From: Promethearchaeota archaeon | Lineage (GTDB): Archaea; Asgardarchaeota; Lokiarchaeia; Sigyniarchaeales; Promethearchaeaceae | NCBI GenBank assembly: GCA_016933055.1 | Contig: JAFGBS010000034.1 | Coordinates: 30,001 to 62,000, forward strand | Reading direction: 5' to 3' | Length of the DNA: 32,000 nt | Shown: positions 14,125 through 22,635 of the stretch, piece by piece | Layout of the letters: each line of letters opens with the position of its first letter | Numbering within the stretch: the stretch's first letter is position 1 | Translations under genes and position numbers: made by a program | Notes under the pieces: model-generated | Seen by the model: only the letters and a program-made list of their open reading frames with translations | What the model was told of the DNA's origin: nothing | Database searches by the model: none

Positions 14125-16830
14125 ATGAGTAAAGATACCAAAAAAGAAAACAATACACGTGTAAATTTGAATATAAGTGGCATGACATGTGCGGCGTGTG
14201 CGTTGAAAATATCGGATAAATTGAATTCCTTAAAGGGAGTCAAGGACGCAGAAGTAATTCTAACCACTGAAAGTGCAACGCTGGAAATAGATGAGTCCCA
14301 AATTGAGTTGGATGATATATTACAATCAGTAAAATCCATCGGTTATAGAGCTAATCTATCCAGAACGACTTTTCAATTAGAACAACCAATCTCTGAAGAA
14401 GTTCATCAAAATATTATCGATATATTGGAAGGCTTACACGGAACGAAAAAAATTCAATTTAATGAAGGTAATCGAGTTTCAGTTACATTTAATAGTGGTA
14501 ATATATCTGAAAATCAAATTCTACGGTTATTAAAGGATACAGGATTCCAAGTTAAGAAGAGTAAGGGTAAATTGGAAGAAGAACAAGATCTCTTTAATAA
14601 GGAGATACAGCACCGAAAACGATTACTATATACAAGCTTGACATTAGCCTTACCTGTAGTAATTCTCACTCAATTGAATCGTTATACAAGTCTATTCGCT
14701 AATTTTGAAATGGGTTTATTATACATACTTTTTGGACTCTCCACTATTACTCAACTATTAGTGGGAAGTTATTTTTATAAAAATGCATGGCGAGCCTTGC
14801 GAAACTTTACTGCGAATATGGACACACTGATAGCAATTGGATCAGGAACTGCCTATATTTATAGTCTTCTTACGACTTTTTTTATTGAAGGAAAGGAATT
14901 CTTTGAGGCATCTGTTTTAATATTTTCATTTATTTTATTGGGTAAATTTTTTGAAATGTTAGCTAAAGGTCGAACTTCTAAAGCATTGACCAAGCTGATG
15001 GAACTCCAATCCTCTCAAGCATCTGTAATACGTAATGGTGAGGAAGAATTAGTAGACATTGATGAAATAGATGTTGATGATATTGTGATTATACGACCGG
15101 GAGAAAGTGTTCCGATTGATGGTAGAGTCACAGAGGGTAAGACACGAATTGACGAATCAATGCTTACGGGAGAAACTTATGCAGTAAAGAAAGAACCGGG
15201 CGATATTGTAATTGGGGGGACCGTAAACCAAAACGGTGTTATAAAAGCCAAAGTAGAACGTATTGGAAATGATACGGTATTACAGAGGATTATTGAATTG
15301 GTTCGCAGTGCCCAATCACAAAAAGCACCTCTTCAGAGAATTGCAGATAAAATGAGCAGGATTTTTGTTCCGATTGTAATCTCATTAGCGTTACTTACAT
15401 TCCTCTATTGGTTTTTCCTTGCGAATTTTACATTTGAAGAATCTTTGTTACGATTTGTAGCAGTTGTTGTAATTTCCTGTGCTTGTGCCATGGGACTGGC
15501 AATACCTACTGCAGTGATGGTGGGAACGGGTGTTGGAGCAAAATCCGGAATATTGATCAAAGGAGGAGAAAGCCTAGAAGCCATTCATAAAATCAAGAAA
15601 ATCGTGTTTGATAAAACGGGAACCCTAACAGTGGGCAAACCACAAGTCATAGATATCGTTCCCAATAAGAATCACTCAGAAATAGAAATATTATCTATTG
15701 CCGCTTCGGTAGAAAGGGGATCTGAACATCCACTTGCAAATGCAATTGTAGAAAAAGCAAGAGAACAAGAAATTCCCCTAAAACCCATAGCAGATTTCAT
15801 GAATCATCCGGGATTTGGAGTAGAAGCTATCTTAGAAGGGGTTAATATCCTAATCGGCAATCCATCATTTGCTAACGAGCGTAACATTGACATCCAATCC
15901 CAAATTGAAATGATTTCGCTGTTTCAAAATCAAGGAAAAACAGTAGTTTTAGTCATGAATACGACTGATTTAATTGGATTCATAACAATATCTGATGAAA
16001 TCAAACCATATGCAAAATCCGTAATAAATAGATTGTATGAAATGGATATTGAACCTTATATTTTAACAGGTGATAATGAAAAAACTGCAAAAGCGATCGC
16101 AAATAGGCTTGGAATATCCAAATATTTTTCGGAAGTGCTTCCGGCTCAAAAACTGGAAATAATTGCATCATTGAAAAATAAAGGTGATGGAATGGTTGCA
16201 ATGGTCGGAGATGGTATTAATGATGCCCCTGCTCTATCCAAAGCTGATGTTGGAATAGCTATAGGCTCAGGAACGGATATAGCAATTGAATCTGCGGATA
16301 TCGTTCTTATTCGTGGTGATTTGCGAACTATCCTAGCTGCATTACATTTATCGAAAAAAACATATAATAAAATGCTTCAAAACCTGTTTTGGGCATTTAT
16401 TTATAATATTATAGGGATTCCTTTCGCTGCAGGTTTGTTCTATTATCTTGGAGTGCCATTTTTACCCCCATCCATTGCATCTTTATTTATGGCATTTAGT
16501 TCAGTTTCGGTTGTCGTATCTGCTTTATTACTGTATAGAGTGAATTTACAGAAGATAATAGATGAAATTAAAAAAGATGTAGAAGAGGAAGAATCTATAG
16601 AAAAATCATCAAAAGAAAAAGGAGATGAGGAAATAATGGCGTCTAAATTAGTGTGTGAGGAATGCGGGTATGAAGAAGCCCTTCCTAAGCATTGTGGACG
16701 AGACATGATTCCAAGAGATGGAAAACTTGTGTGTTGGATGAACCTACCCAAAGAAGAAGGGGGAATGGGCATTCAATGCGGAGAACAACCCATTTCTGAA
16801 CACCATGGAATCCCAATGAAAGTCGTATAA
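14125..16830 (+). CDS. copA: Cu(+)-type P1B-1 ATPase with N-terminal HMA domains and fused C-terminal Cys/His domain
   Basis: GMTCAAC HMA, TGE, DKTGTLT, SEHPLA, GDGINDAPAL, and TM signatures YN and MAFSS. The start is placed at ATG 14125 (MSKDTKK) rather than TTG 14005 because the upstream 40 codons lie in the divergent promoter region. Confidence 0.93.
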   Translation: MSKDTKKENNTRVNLNISGMTCAACALKISDKLNSLKGVKDAEVILTTESATLEIDESQIELDDILQSVKSIGYRANLSRTTFQLEQPISEEVHQNIIDILEGLHGTKKIQFNEGNRVSVTFNSGNISENQILRLLKDTGFQVKKSKGKLEEEQDLFNKEIQHRKRLLYTSLTLALPVVILTQLNRYTSLFANFEMGLLYILFGLSTITQLLVGSYFYKNAWRALRNFTANMDTLIAIGSGTAYIYSLLTTFFIEGKEFFEASVLIFSFILLGKFFEMLAKGRTSKALTKLMELQSSQASVIRNGEEELVDIDEIDVDDIVIIRPGESVPIDGRVTEGKTRIDESMLTGETYAVKKEPGDIVIGGTVNQNGVIKAKVERIGNDTVLQRIIELVRSAQSQKAPLQRIADKMSRIFVPIVISLALLTFLYWFFLANFTFEESLLRFVAVVVISCACAMGLAIPTAVMVGTGVGAKSGILIKGGESLEAIHKIKKIVFDKTGTLTVGKPQVIDIVPNKNHSEIEILSIAASVERGSEHPLANAIVEKAREQEIPLKPIADFMNHPGFGVEAILEGVNILIGNPSFANERNIDIQSQIEMISLFQNQGKTVVLVMNTTDLIGFITISDEIKPYAKSVINRLYEMDIEPYILTGDNEKTAKAIANRLGISKYFSEVLPAQKLEIIASLKNKGDGMVAMVGDGINDAPALSKADVGIAIGSGTDIAIESADIVLIRGDLRTILAALHLSKKTYNKMLQNLFWAFIYNIIGIPFAAGLFYYLGVPFLPPSIASLFMAFSSVSVVVSALLLYRVNLQKIIDEIKKDVEEEESIEKSSKEKGDEEIMASKLVCEECGYEEALPKHCGRDMIPRDGKLVCWMNLPKEEGGMGIQCGEQPISEHHGIPMKVV

Positions 16831-16840
16831 TCGGAAAGAA

Positions 16841-16854
16841 TTTACTTTTTTTTC
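16841..16854 (+). terminator. Oligo-T tract, probable archaeal terminator after copA
   Basis: tttactttttttt(ct) begins 11 nt after the TAA. Confidence 0.45.
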
Positions 16855-16865
16855 TCTACGTTAAG

Positions 16866-16876
16866 TATTTATAATT
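16866..16876 (+). promoter_or_regulatory. Probable TATA box for the DUF3795 gene
   Basis: TATTTATAATT centred about 26 nt upstream of ATG 16897. Confidence 0.45.
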
Positions 16877-16896
16877 CTGATTATGTAACCATACAC

Positions 16897-17319
16897 ATGC
16901 AAAATCGAGGATATTGTGGTTATAATTGCAGTATCTGTCCTGCTCAATCAGATGATATAAAGGATCGGGAACAGTTAGTATCAATCTGGAAGAACTATTT
17001 TGGACACCAGAATTATACACCCGAGAATGTTCGTTGTGATGGATGCAAAGAAGGGGGACGAATAGCAGATAAAAACTGCGAAGCACGACCTTGTGCCATA
17101 GAAAAAGGATTTGAATTCTGCATGGATTGTGAAGACTTTCCATGCGATAAAGTGCGAAAACTAATGGCAACCAAGGAGGGAATGATCCTTTTTCCCCTTC
17201 CAAAAACATATGACTTATCTGAAGATGAATACACTCATGGAATGGCTCAATTTGCTTCTATGCCGTTTATTTTAGACTATCTGATAAGAAATGGCAAATT
17301 GAAGAATTGGAATAATTAA
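16897..17319 (+). CDS. DUF3795-like Cys-rich protein
   Basis: YCGYNCSICPA...CDGCK...CEARPCAIEKGFEFCMDCEDFPCDK pattern. Confidence 0.85.
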   Translation: MQNRGYCGYNCSICPAQSDDIKDREQLVSIWKNYFGHQNYTPENVRCDGCKEGGRIADKNCEARPCAIEKGFEFCMDCEDFPCDKVRKLMATKEGMILFPLPKTYDLSEDEYTHGMAQFASMPFILDYLIRNGKLKNWNN

Positions 17320-17348
17320 TCCTATATTTCGATCTCCTTTCTTTATAA

Positions 17349-17654
17349 CAGTGTTCTGTATGCTCTGACTTATTCGACCAATCTGAGAGTCGAATAAAAG
17401 GAAATCATATTTCTACAGGATTTTTAGAACGTAAAAATTCACATAAATGGCTTATTCGGGAAAGTTTTGTTGTATTTAAGGAAAAAGCAAGATGCTATGA
17501 ATCAATGGAGTGTTCAAATGAAAAACACAAAATTTTGTTTACTGAGTACCATGCAAAACACAATTTTATGGGGATTTATATATCCGTTGGGTATGGATTA
17601 GCAGAAAAGAAAAAAAAAGATGAATGTCATCCCAATTGGGGGAAATTGATATGA
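17349..17654 (+). pseudogene. Cryptic 101-codon open frame lacking an early canonical start (gene remnant or unusual start)
   Basis: Stop-free from 17349 (after TAA 17346-17348) to TGA 17652-17654: QCSVCSDLFDQSESRIKG...HPNWGKLI. The first ATG is at 17505. Confidence 0.35.
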
Positions 17655-17689
17655 AATAGGCCTGTTTAAAGGAATTAAATTATAGCTGA

Positions 17690-19873
17690 TTAATACAATA
17701 ATTCCGTTGGTTCTCCAATAACTTCCACATTTTTGAACAAGACTTTTCTACCCGTGAGTTTTTCACTCACTTCATCCGGTTGGGATCCTCCAATGTATAT
17801 CCTAAATGATCCCGGTTCTAAAATTCGTTTTCCCTGTTCCGTTATGATGCTGAATTGTTGTGGTTTAATTTTGAATTTCACCGTTTCGGATTGACCCGGT
17901 TTGAGAGAAATTCGTTCGAATCCTTGAAGGGACCATCGTGGTATTTTTACAGATGCTTCAAGATCCTGAATATAAAGTTGAACTACCTCATCTCCCTCCT
18001 TTTTTCCTTTATTTTTTACATCTACCGAGACTATGAGGGGGTCTCCCATGTGTATTTCGTCCGAATTAAGGTAGAAATTGTCATAAGAAAAATCAGTGTA
18101 ACTTAAGCCGTATCCGAATGGATATAATGGTTTTTTCTGCATGTACCGATAGGTTCTATTTTCCATACGAAAATCCTCAATTGGGGGGATATCATCGACT
18201 GATTTAGGAAAAGTAACTGGGAGACGACCCGAAGGATTATAATTTCCAAAAATCACATCAGCCACACCTACACCACCTTTCTCTCCAGGATACCATACTT
18301 CTAGGATCGCATCCACATTATGTTGTGCCCAATTTATAGCTAAAGGAGACCCATTCACTAAAACTAGTATTATGGGTTTTCCGAAGTCATGAATCTTGTT
18401 CATAAACTCTATTTGATGCGCGGGGAGACTTAAAAATTGTCGATCTCCATTCCCTCGTAGTAATTTTTCTTCGCTTTCAAATTCTTGCCCAATTCCCATA
18501 ACCATAATCACTACATCACAATCCTTGACAATTCTTTTAGAGATGAACTCCCCCAGTCGATATCTTCGCTTTCGGTAGCAACCCTTAGAATATTTAATCG
18601 TTGTATCATCGTGTACTGCTGATTTTATACCATTTAGGATAGAAATGATTTCATATGATTTTTTGACATAGTTTCCTAGCAATACGTTATTTCCTGCTGC
18701 ATTGGGACCGATAACCGCAATTTTTTTCAAATTTTTCTGTAAGGGCAGAATATTATTTGCATTCTTCAGCAGAACTATTGATTGCTGAACCGCTTTAATT
18801 GCGAGATCTTGATGTTTTTTACTATTCACGACTTCGTAGGGGATCGATCGATGGGGTACCAACTCGGGAGGATCAAATTCACCTAATTTCATTCGTGCAA
18901 GGAATAATTTAGTTACGGCTTGGGTGATTTCCTCTTCGGAGATGAGATGTTGTTCCACAGCTTGATTCAAAAAGATTTTGTAAGTAAGTCCGCAGTTCAA
19001 TTCACACCCATTTCTTACTGCTATTGCAGCTGCTTCAGATCCCGTTTTTACGTACTTATGGTCTTTATAGATATTTCGTATTGCTCCGCAATCGCTGACC
19101 ATGTATCCGTCAAATCCCCACTCAATACGCAAGATTCTCTGCAACGTGGGACTCGCACAACAAGGTTCGCCATTCAAACGGTTATAGGCTCCCATAATAG
19201 AATACGCTTTCGCCTCGATTATGCAATCTCTGAATTGAGGAAGATAAGACTCATACAAGTCTTTATTTGACATCATAGCATTGAATTGGTGGCGCCCTTG
19301 TTCAGGACCGCTTCCTGCTGCAAAATGTTTTGGAGTCGCGATCAGTTTCAAGTATGTGGGATCATCTCCCTGCAATCCTTTTACAAACGCCACTGCTAAT
19401 CTTCCTGTCAAGTAGGGATCTTCTCCATAGGTTTCTTGTCCTCTTCCCCATCTTGGGTCCCTAAAAAGATTGACATTGGGGCTCCAAAAAGTCAATCCGC
19501 CCGTAAAGGGGCTGCCATAAGGGTAATAGGTGTTGTTGATTGCTCGTGCTTCATCCGAAATGGCAGATGCTATTCTAAATTGAAGGTTTCTATTAAACAT
19601 CGCAGCAAGACCAATGGATTGAGGGAATATTGTAGCCTTCTTCTTGGTCATGACTCCGTGTAAGCATTCAGACCACCAATTATACTTGTATATACCCAAT
19701 CGCTTAATCTCGGAAGAGCAATGAACCATTTGGGAGATTTTTTCCTTCAATGTCAACCGAGAAACTAAATCTTCTGCTCGTTCCTCGAATGATTTTGAGG
19801 TATCTAAATAGATGGGCGACTCAAGTTCCATATGGATAATTTGCAGTTCAACCCACTTATAGATTATGCTCAT
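17690..19873 (-). CDS. GH3 glycoside hydrolase (beta-xylosidase/beta-glucosidase type) with C-terminal Fn3-like domain, no signal peptide
   Basis: WWSECLHGV, FWSPNVNLFRDPRWGRGQETYGEDP, KHF, YMVSDCGA (nucleophile Asp), FESEE (acid/base region), YPGEKGG, PSGRLPVTF, YPFGYGLSYT. Alternative start at ATG 19831. Confidence 0.95.
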   Translation of the reverse strand: MSIIYKWVELQIIHMELESPIYLDTSKSFEERAEDLVSRLTLKEKISQMVHCSSEIKRLGIYKYNWWSECLHGVMTKKKATIFPQSIGLAAMFNRNLQFRIASAISDEARAINNTYYPYGSPFTGGLTFWSPNVNLFRDPRWGRGQETYGEDPYLTGRLAVAFVKGLQGDDPTYLKLIATPKHFAAGSGPEQGRHQFNAMMSNKDLYESYLPQFRDCIIEAKAYSIMGAYNRLNGEPCCASPTLQRILRIEWGFDGYMVSDCGAIRNIYKDHKYVKTGSEAAAIAVRNGCELNCGLTYKIFLNQAVEQHLISEEEITQAVTKLFLARMKLGEFDPPELVPHRSIPYEVVNSKKHQDLAIKAVQQSIVLLKNANNILPLQKNLKKIAVIGPNAAGNNVLLGNYVKKSYEIISILNGIKSAVHDDTTIKYSKGCYRKRRYRLGEFISKRIVKDCDVVIMVMGIGQEFESEEKLLRGNGDRQFLSLPAHQIEFMNKIHDFGKPIILVLVNGSPLAINWAQHNVDAILEVWYPGEKGGVGVADVIFGNYNPSGRLPVTFPKSVDDIPPIEDFRMENRTYRYMQKKPLYPFGYGLSYTDFSYDNFYLNSDEIHMGDPLIVSVDVKNKGKKEGDEVVQLYIQDLEASVKIPRWSLQGFERISLKPGQSETVKFKIKPQQFSIITEQGKRILEPGSFRIYIGGSQPDEVSEKLTGRKVLFKNVEVIGEPTELLY

Positions 19874-19911
19874 CCTCCGTACTAAAATCTGGAATTAGGA
19901 CTGATTATCAA

Positions 19912-19939
19912 AAGGGAAGAATTAAATAGTTTTTCCCTT
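19912..19939. promoter_or_regulatory. Inverted repeat bracketing a TATA-like core in the GH3/paralog-1 divergent promoter
   Basis: AAGGGAAGAA-TTAAATAG-TTTTTCCCTT; 9 of 10 arm positions are complementary. Confidence 0.4.
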
Positions 19940-19976
19940 AACAGTCTTTCAAAAAACTCTTTATAGATGATTATAG

Positions 19977-21689
19977 ATGGCAAAACAAAGATTCGCAACG
20001 GTAGATTTTCTTCGAGGTTTGGCAATATGGCTGATGCTTTTTATTCATGTATTGATGAGATGGGTGGATAGAGAGGATATTGCAAATAATATGTCTGATT
20101 ATTCTCTTTTCGTCATCATTTTTATGCTTGCTGCTTTATTTCTCGGAGGTTGGCCAGGATTTTTTCTTCTCCAAAATGCTATTGGAAATATGATAAGTAT
20201 GCATAAGAATTTTCAACGCACTCAAAAAGTTCGGCAAATTATCTTCAAGCAAATAATTGGTGGCTCTATATTGCTTTTTTTTGCCGTACTATGTGAAGCC
20301 TTGATTGGGTATAAAGGTGCAATTGGAAATTGGGCATCTGGAAATCCAATGTGGGATCAAATATTCTGGCGAGGGTTTCACACCGAAACTATACATACTG
20401 TTGGCTGGTGCGTAATATATAACGCACTAATTCATTGGATTCTGTCTATAAAGGAAGGGTTCCGTAAAGTCAAACGTAATATTATCATCTACTTCGTATT
20501 AGCCATAATCGTGGTCGCAATTACACCTTTAGTGTATTTTTTAGCTGAATTAGCTGTTCCAGGATATCCATATGCTACGTATGAATTTGTCCATATTGTA
20601 TTTGGAAAATACAGAGTAATGGAGATACCCATACAATATGGGTTTTTGGGATATACTCCCTTCTGGAAACTAGTATATTTATGGTTTTTAGCTCCTTTAG
20701 CAGGACAAGTGGAACCAATTTTTCCCTATCTGGCGGTTAGTTTCATTGGATCTGCAATAGGATTATTTTTAGTGAAAAACCAGCAAGAGTCGTCAGAGAT
20801 TCCGACTAAGATCCCCTCAACGCGGCCTTTGACTTGGGGTATGGTAATCGGATTTATTATGTTTTTAATTGGTGCTATGGGGACTATCGGATTTGCTATT
20901 TTCGATATAAATGGTGCTTTTGAGGCTATAATGTCCTACACCTATGATATCCGGTATATGTATGCAAGTGGAGTTTGGCTATTTTGGTTTCTTCTGGTTG
21001 TGGGTGCACAAATTGGAGCCACATGCTTGATCATCCGTCTGGTAGAGTTTAGAGCAAAGGCAAAACCCTTCGGACGTAAAACCCTCCACTTCCGACGATT
21101 TGGATTCGTCCCTTTCTCATTATATTGTTTTGAGTATGTTGATGTGACCATGGTATTGCTCTTGTCTCTCATCCCAACGTTTCCTGAAGCAATCGTTCAA
21201 AATACGTGGGGGGTTTACCATATCTGGCCATTAATTATCTTAGTATTTGTCCAATACGAATTGATTCTCCAAATCTGGCAAAGAGTACATTTTGTGGGGA
21301 GTTTGGAGTGGATGATCGCTAAGATTGCTGAATTTGTGATTCCATTAAAACGGAAACAAAAAGATATTACCCTACCATGGTGGAGATCTAGTAAAATTGA
21401 TGTGAAAAGTGCTCTACTGGGTCCTGAATGGATTAATATTGTTACCGAATCCCAAATGAAAATTCACCATGAGAAGCTGGTGGATTCAAAACTCGCAGCT
21501 AGATTAAGTTGGGTGGGATTACTCGTTTCCCCTATTGCACCCGTTACTCTTGCAATTTCTAGAACATCTCGAAAAACTGAGGGAAAAAATAGATATAATC
21601 AAAGAGCTATGATTATATCCATTATATCGATACTATTTGCAACCGTCGTGTTCTTCGGATCCATGTTCATATATGGAGTTTCGTTCTAA
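19977..21689 (+). CDS. Polytopic membrane protein, DUF1624/HGSNAT-DUF418 acyltransferase-like clan, paralog 1
   Basis: RFATVDFLRGLAIWLMLFIH, EPIFPYL, RRFGFVPFSLY, GSLEWMIAK; many hydrophobic helices; DUF4190-like tail. Confidence 0.75.
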   Translation: MAKQRFATVDFLRGLAIWLMLFIHVLMRWVDREDIANNMSDYSLFVIIFMLAALFLGGWPGFFLLQNAIGNMISMHKNFQRTQKVRQIIFKQIIGGSILLFFAVLCEALIGYKGAIGNWASGNPMWDQIFWRGFHTETIHTVGWCVIYNALIHWILSIKEGFRKVKRNIIIYFVLAIIVVAITPLVYFLAELAVPGYPYATYEFVHIVFGKYRVMEIPIQYGFLGYTPFWKLVYLWFLAPLAGQVEPIFPYLAVSFIGSAIGLFLVKNQQESSEIPTKIPSTRPLTWGMVIGFIMFLIGAMGTIGFAIFDINGAFEAIMSYTYDIRYMYASGVWLFWFLLVVGAQIGATCLIIRLVEFRAKAKPFGRKTLHFRRFGFVPFSLYCFEYVDVTMVLLLSLIPTFPEAIVQNTWGVYHIWPLIILVFVQYELILQIWQRVHFVGSLEWMIAKIAEFVIPLKRKQKDITLPWWRSSKIDVKSALLGPEWINIVTESQMKIHHEKLVDSKLAARLSWVGLLVSPIAPVTLAISRTSRKTEGKNRYNQRAMIISIISILFATVVFFGSMFIYGVSF

Positions 21690-21919
21690 GCATGTGTTAA
21701 AAATCTAATACCTCTTTTTTATTGATGATTCGATCCCATTTTCATAAGCAGAATGGGAAAAAAATTACATAACCCAATAAAGAACTGTGTATCAGCTGTT
21801 CTCATTCTACTCGATTAAATACCTTTAAAAAGGAAGTACAACCACATTTATTTAACTTTCAAACAATAAAGATTGAACGTTGAATAAAAGTATAAAATAA
21901 AAATTAATGAGGATTTAAG

Positions 21920-22402
21920 ATGAGTTCAAAAAAATCTAGTGGTTCTTCATCCACTTGGGATACTTTAGAACCAATCGTAACTTTTGCTGGCAAATGGGCT
22001 TGGATTTACGGCATAATAGCGGGTGTTATATACATAATTACAGCTATTCTGTCAATCAGAGCGGTAAATATTGCGAAAGAATGGTGGAGTTTATATGGTG
22101 TAGGTCCATATACTGGTCCTGGTTATGGTGTTGCAGTTTGGCAATTCATAAATGCGGCTGTATTGATAGTGGTTTCCATTTTATGGGTTCGACCCAAATT
22201 TAGCGTACCTTGTGGTGAGAAAGAATGGGAAAAACTATTAAGTGACGTATTAGTACTCGGAAATGTGCAAATCCCATGGATGTTAATTATGGGTGTTCTT
22301 CTGGAAATCTTCGGTTATGGATGGGGCGGTCTGGTAGTGTTAGTCTGTGCCTTACTCATAATTTTCTTAGGTCCCAGAAAATTCGAATGGAATGTAAAAT
22401 AG
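21920..22402 (+). CDS. Hypothetical small integral membrane protein (about 4 TM)
   Basis: Four hydrophobic stretches and a Gly/Tyr/Pro-rich loop; followed by a T10 tract. Confidence 0.8.
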   Translation: MSSKKSSGSSSTWDTLEPIVTFAGKWAWIYGIIAGVIYIITAILSIRAVNIAKEWWSLYGVGPYTGPGYGVAVWQFINAAVLIVVSILWVRPKFSVPCGEKEWEKLLSDVLVLGNVQIPWMLIMGVLLEIFGYGWGGLVVLVCALLIIFLGPRKFEWNVK

Positions 22403-22407
22403 AATCA

Positions 22408-22428
22408 TTTCTTATTTTTTTTTTCTTT
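22408..22428 (+). terminator. Oligo-T terminator-like tract
   Basis: tttcttatttttttttt(cttt) immediately after TAG 22400-22402. Confidence 0.5.
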
Positions 22429-22635
22429 ATATCCGTTAGTATTTTCCCTCGTTTACAATTGCATCAGAAAATAATCCTTATACTTTACTTCTTAAAAAAT
22501 GAAATCCATACACAATGCTATGCCTATGATCATAATTGCGGAAAATTTTCGATTATAGCAGTCCAACGTGGCATCTATTCTATTTAATAGGTTATTTCCA
22601 TAGCTATTAAATTCTTAAAACCAAATATTTGAACT

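Noticed and set aside
16856-17234. Minus-strand ORFs 16856..17209 and 17013..17234
   Set aside because: Antisense to the well-supported DUF3795 gene, with no motifs.
17911-17925. T-loop-like GTTCGAATCC (and GGTTCGAGTC at 28021)
   Set aside because: Both lie inside protein-coding genes and I could not build a cloverleaf.
22276-22587. 103-aa plus-strand ORF overlapping the small membrane gene
   Set aside because: Out-of-frame overlap that runs through the T10 terminator-like tract, with no recognisable features.
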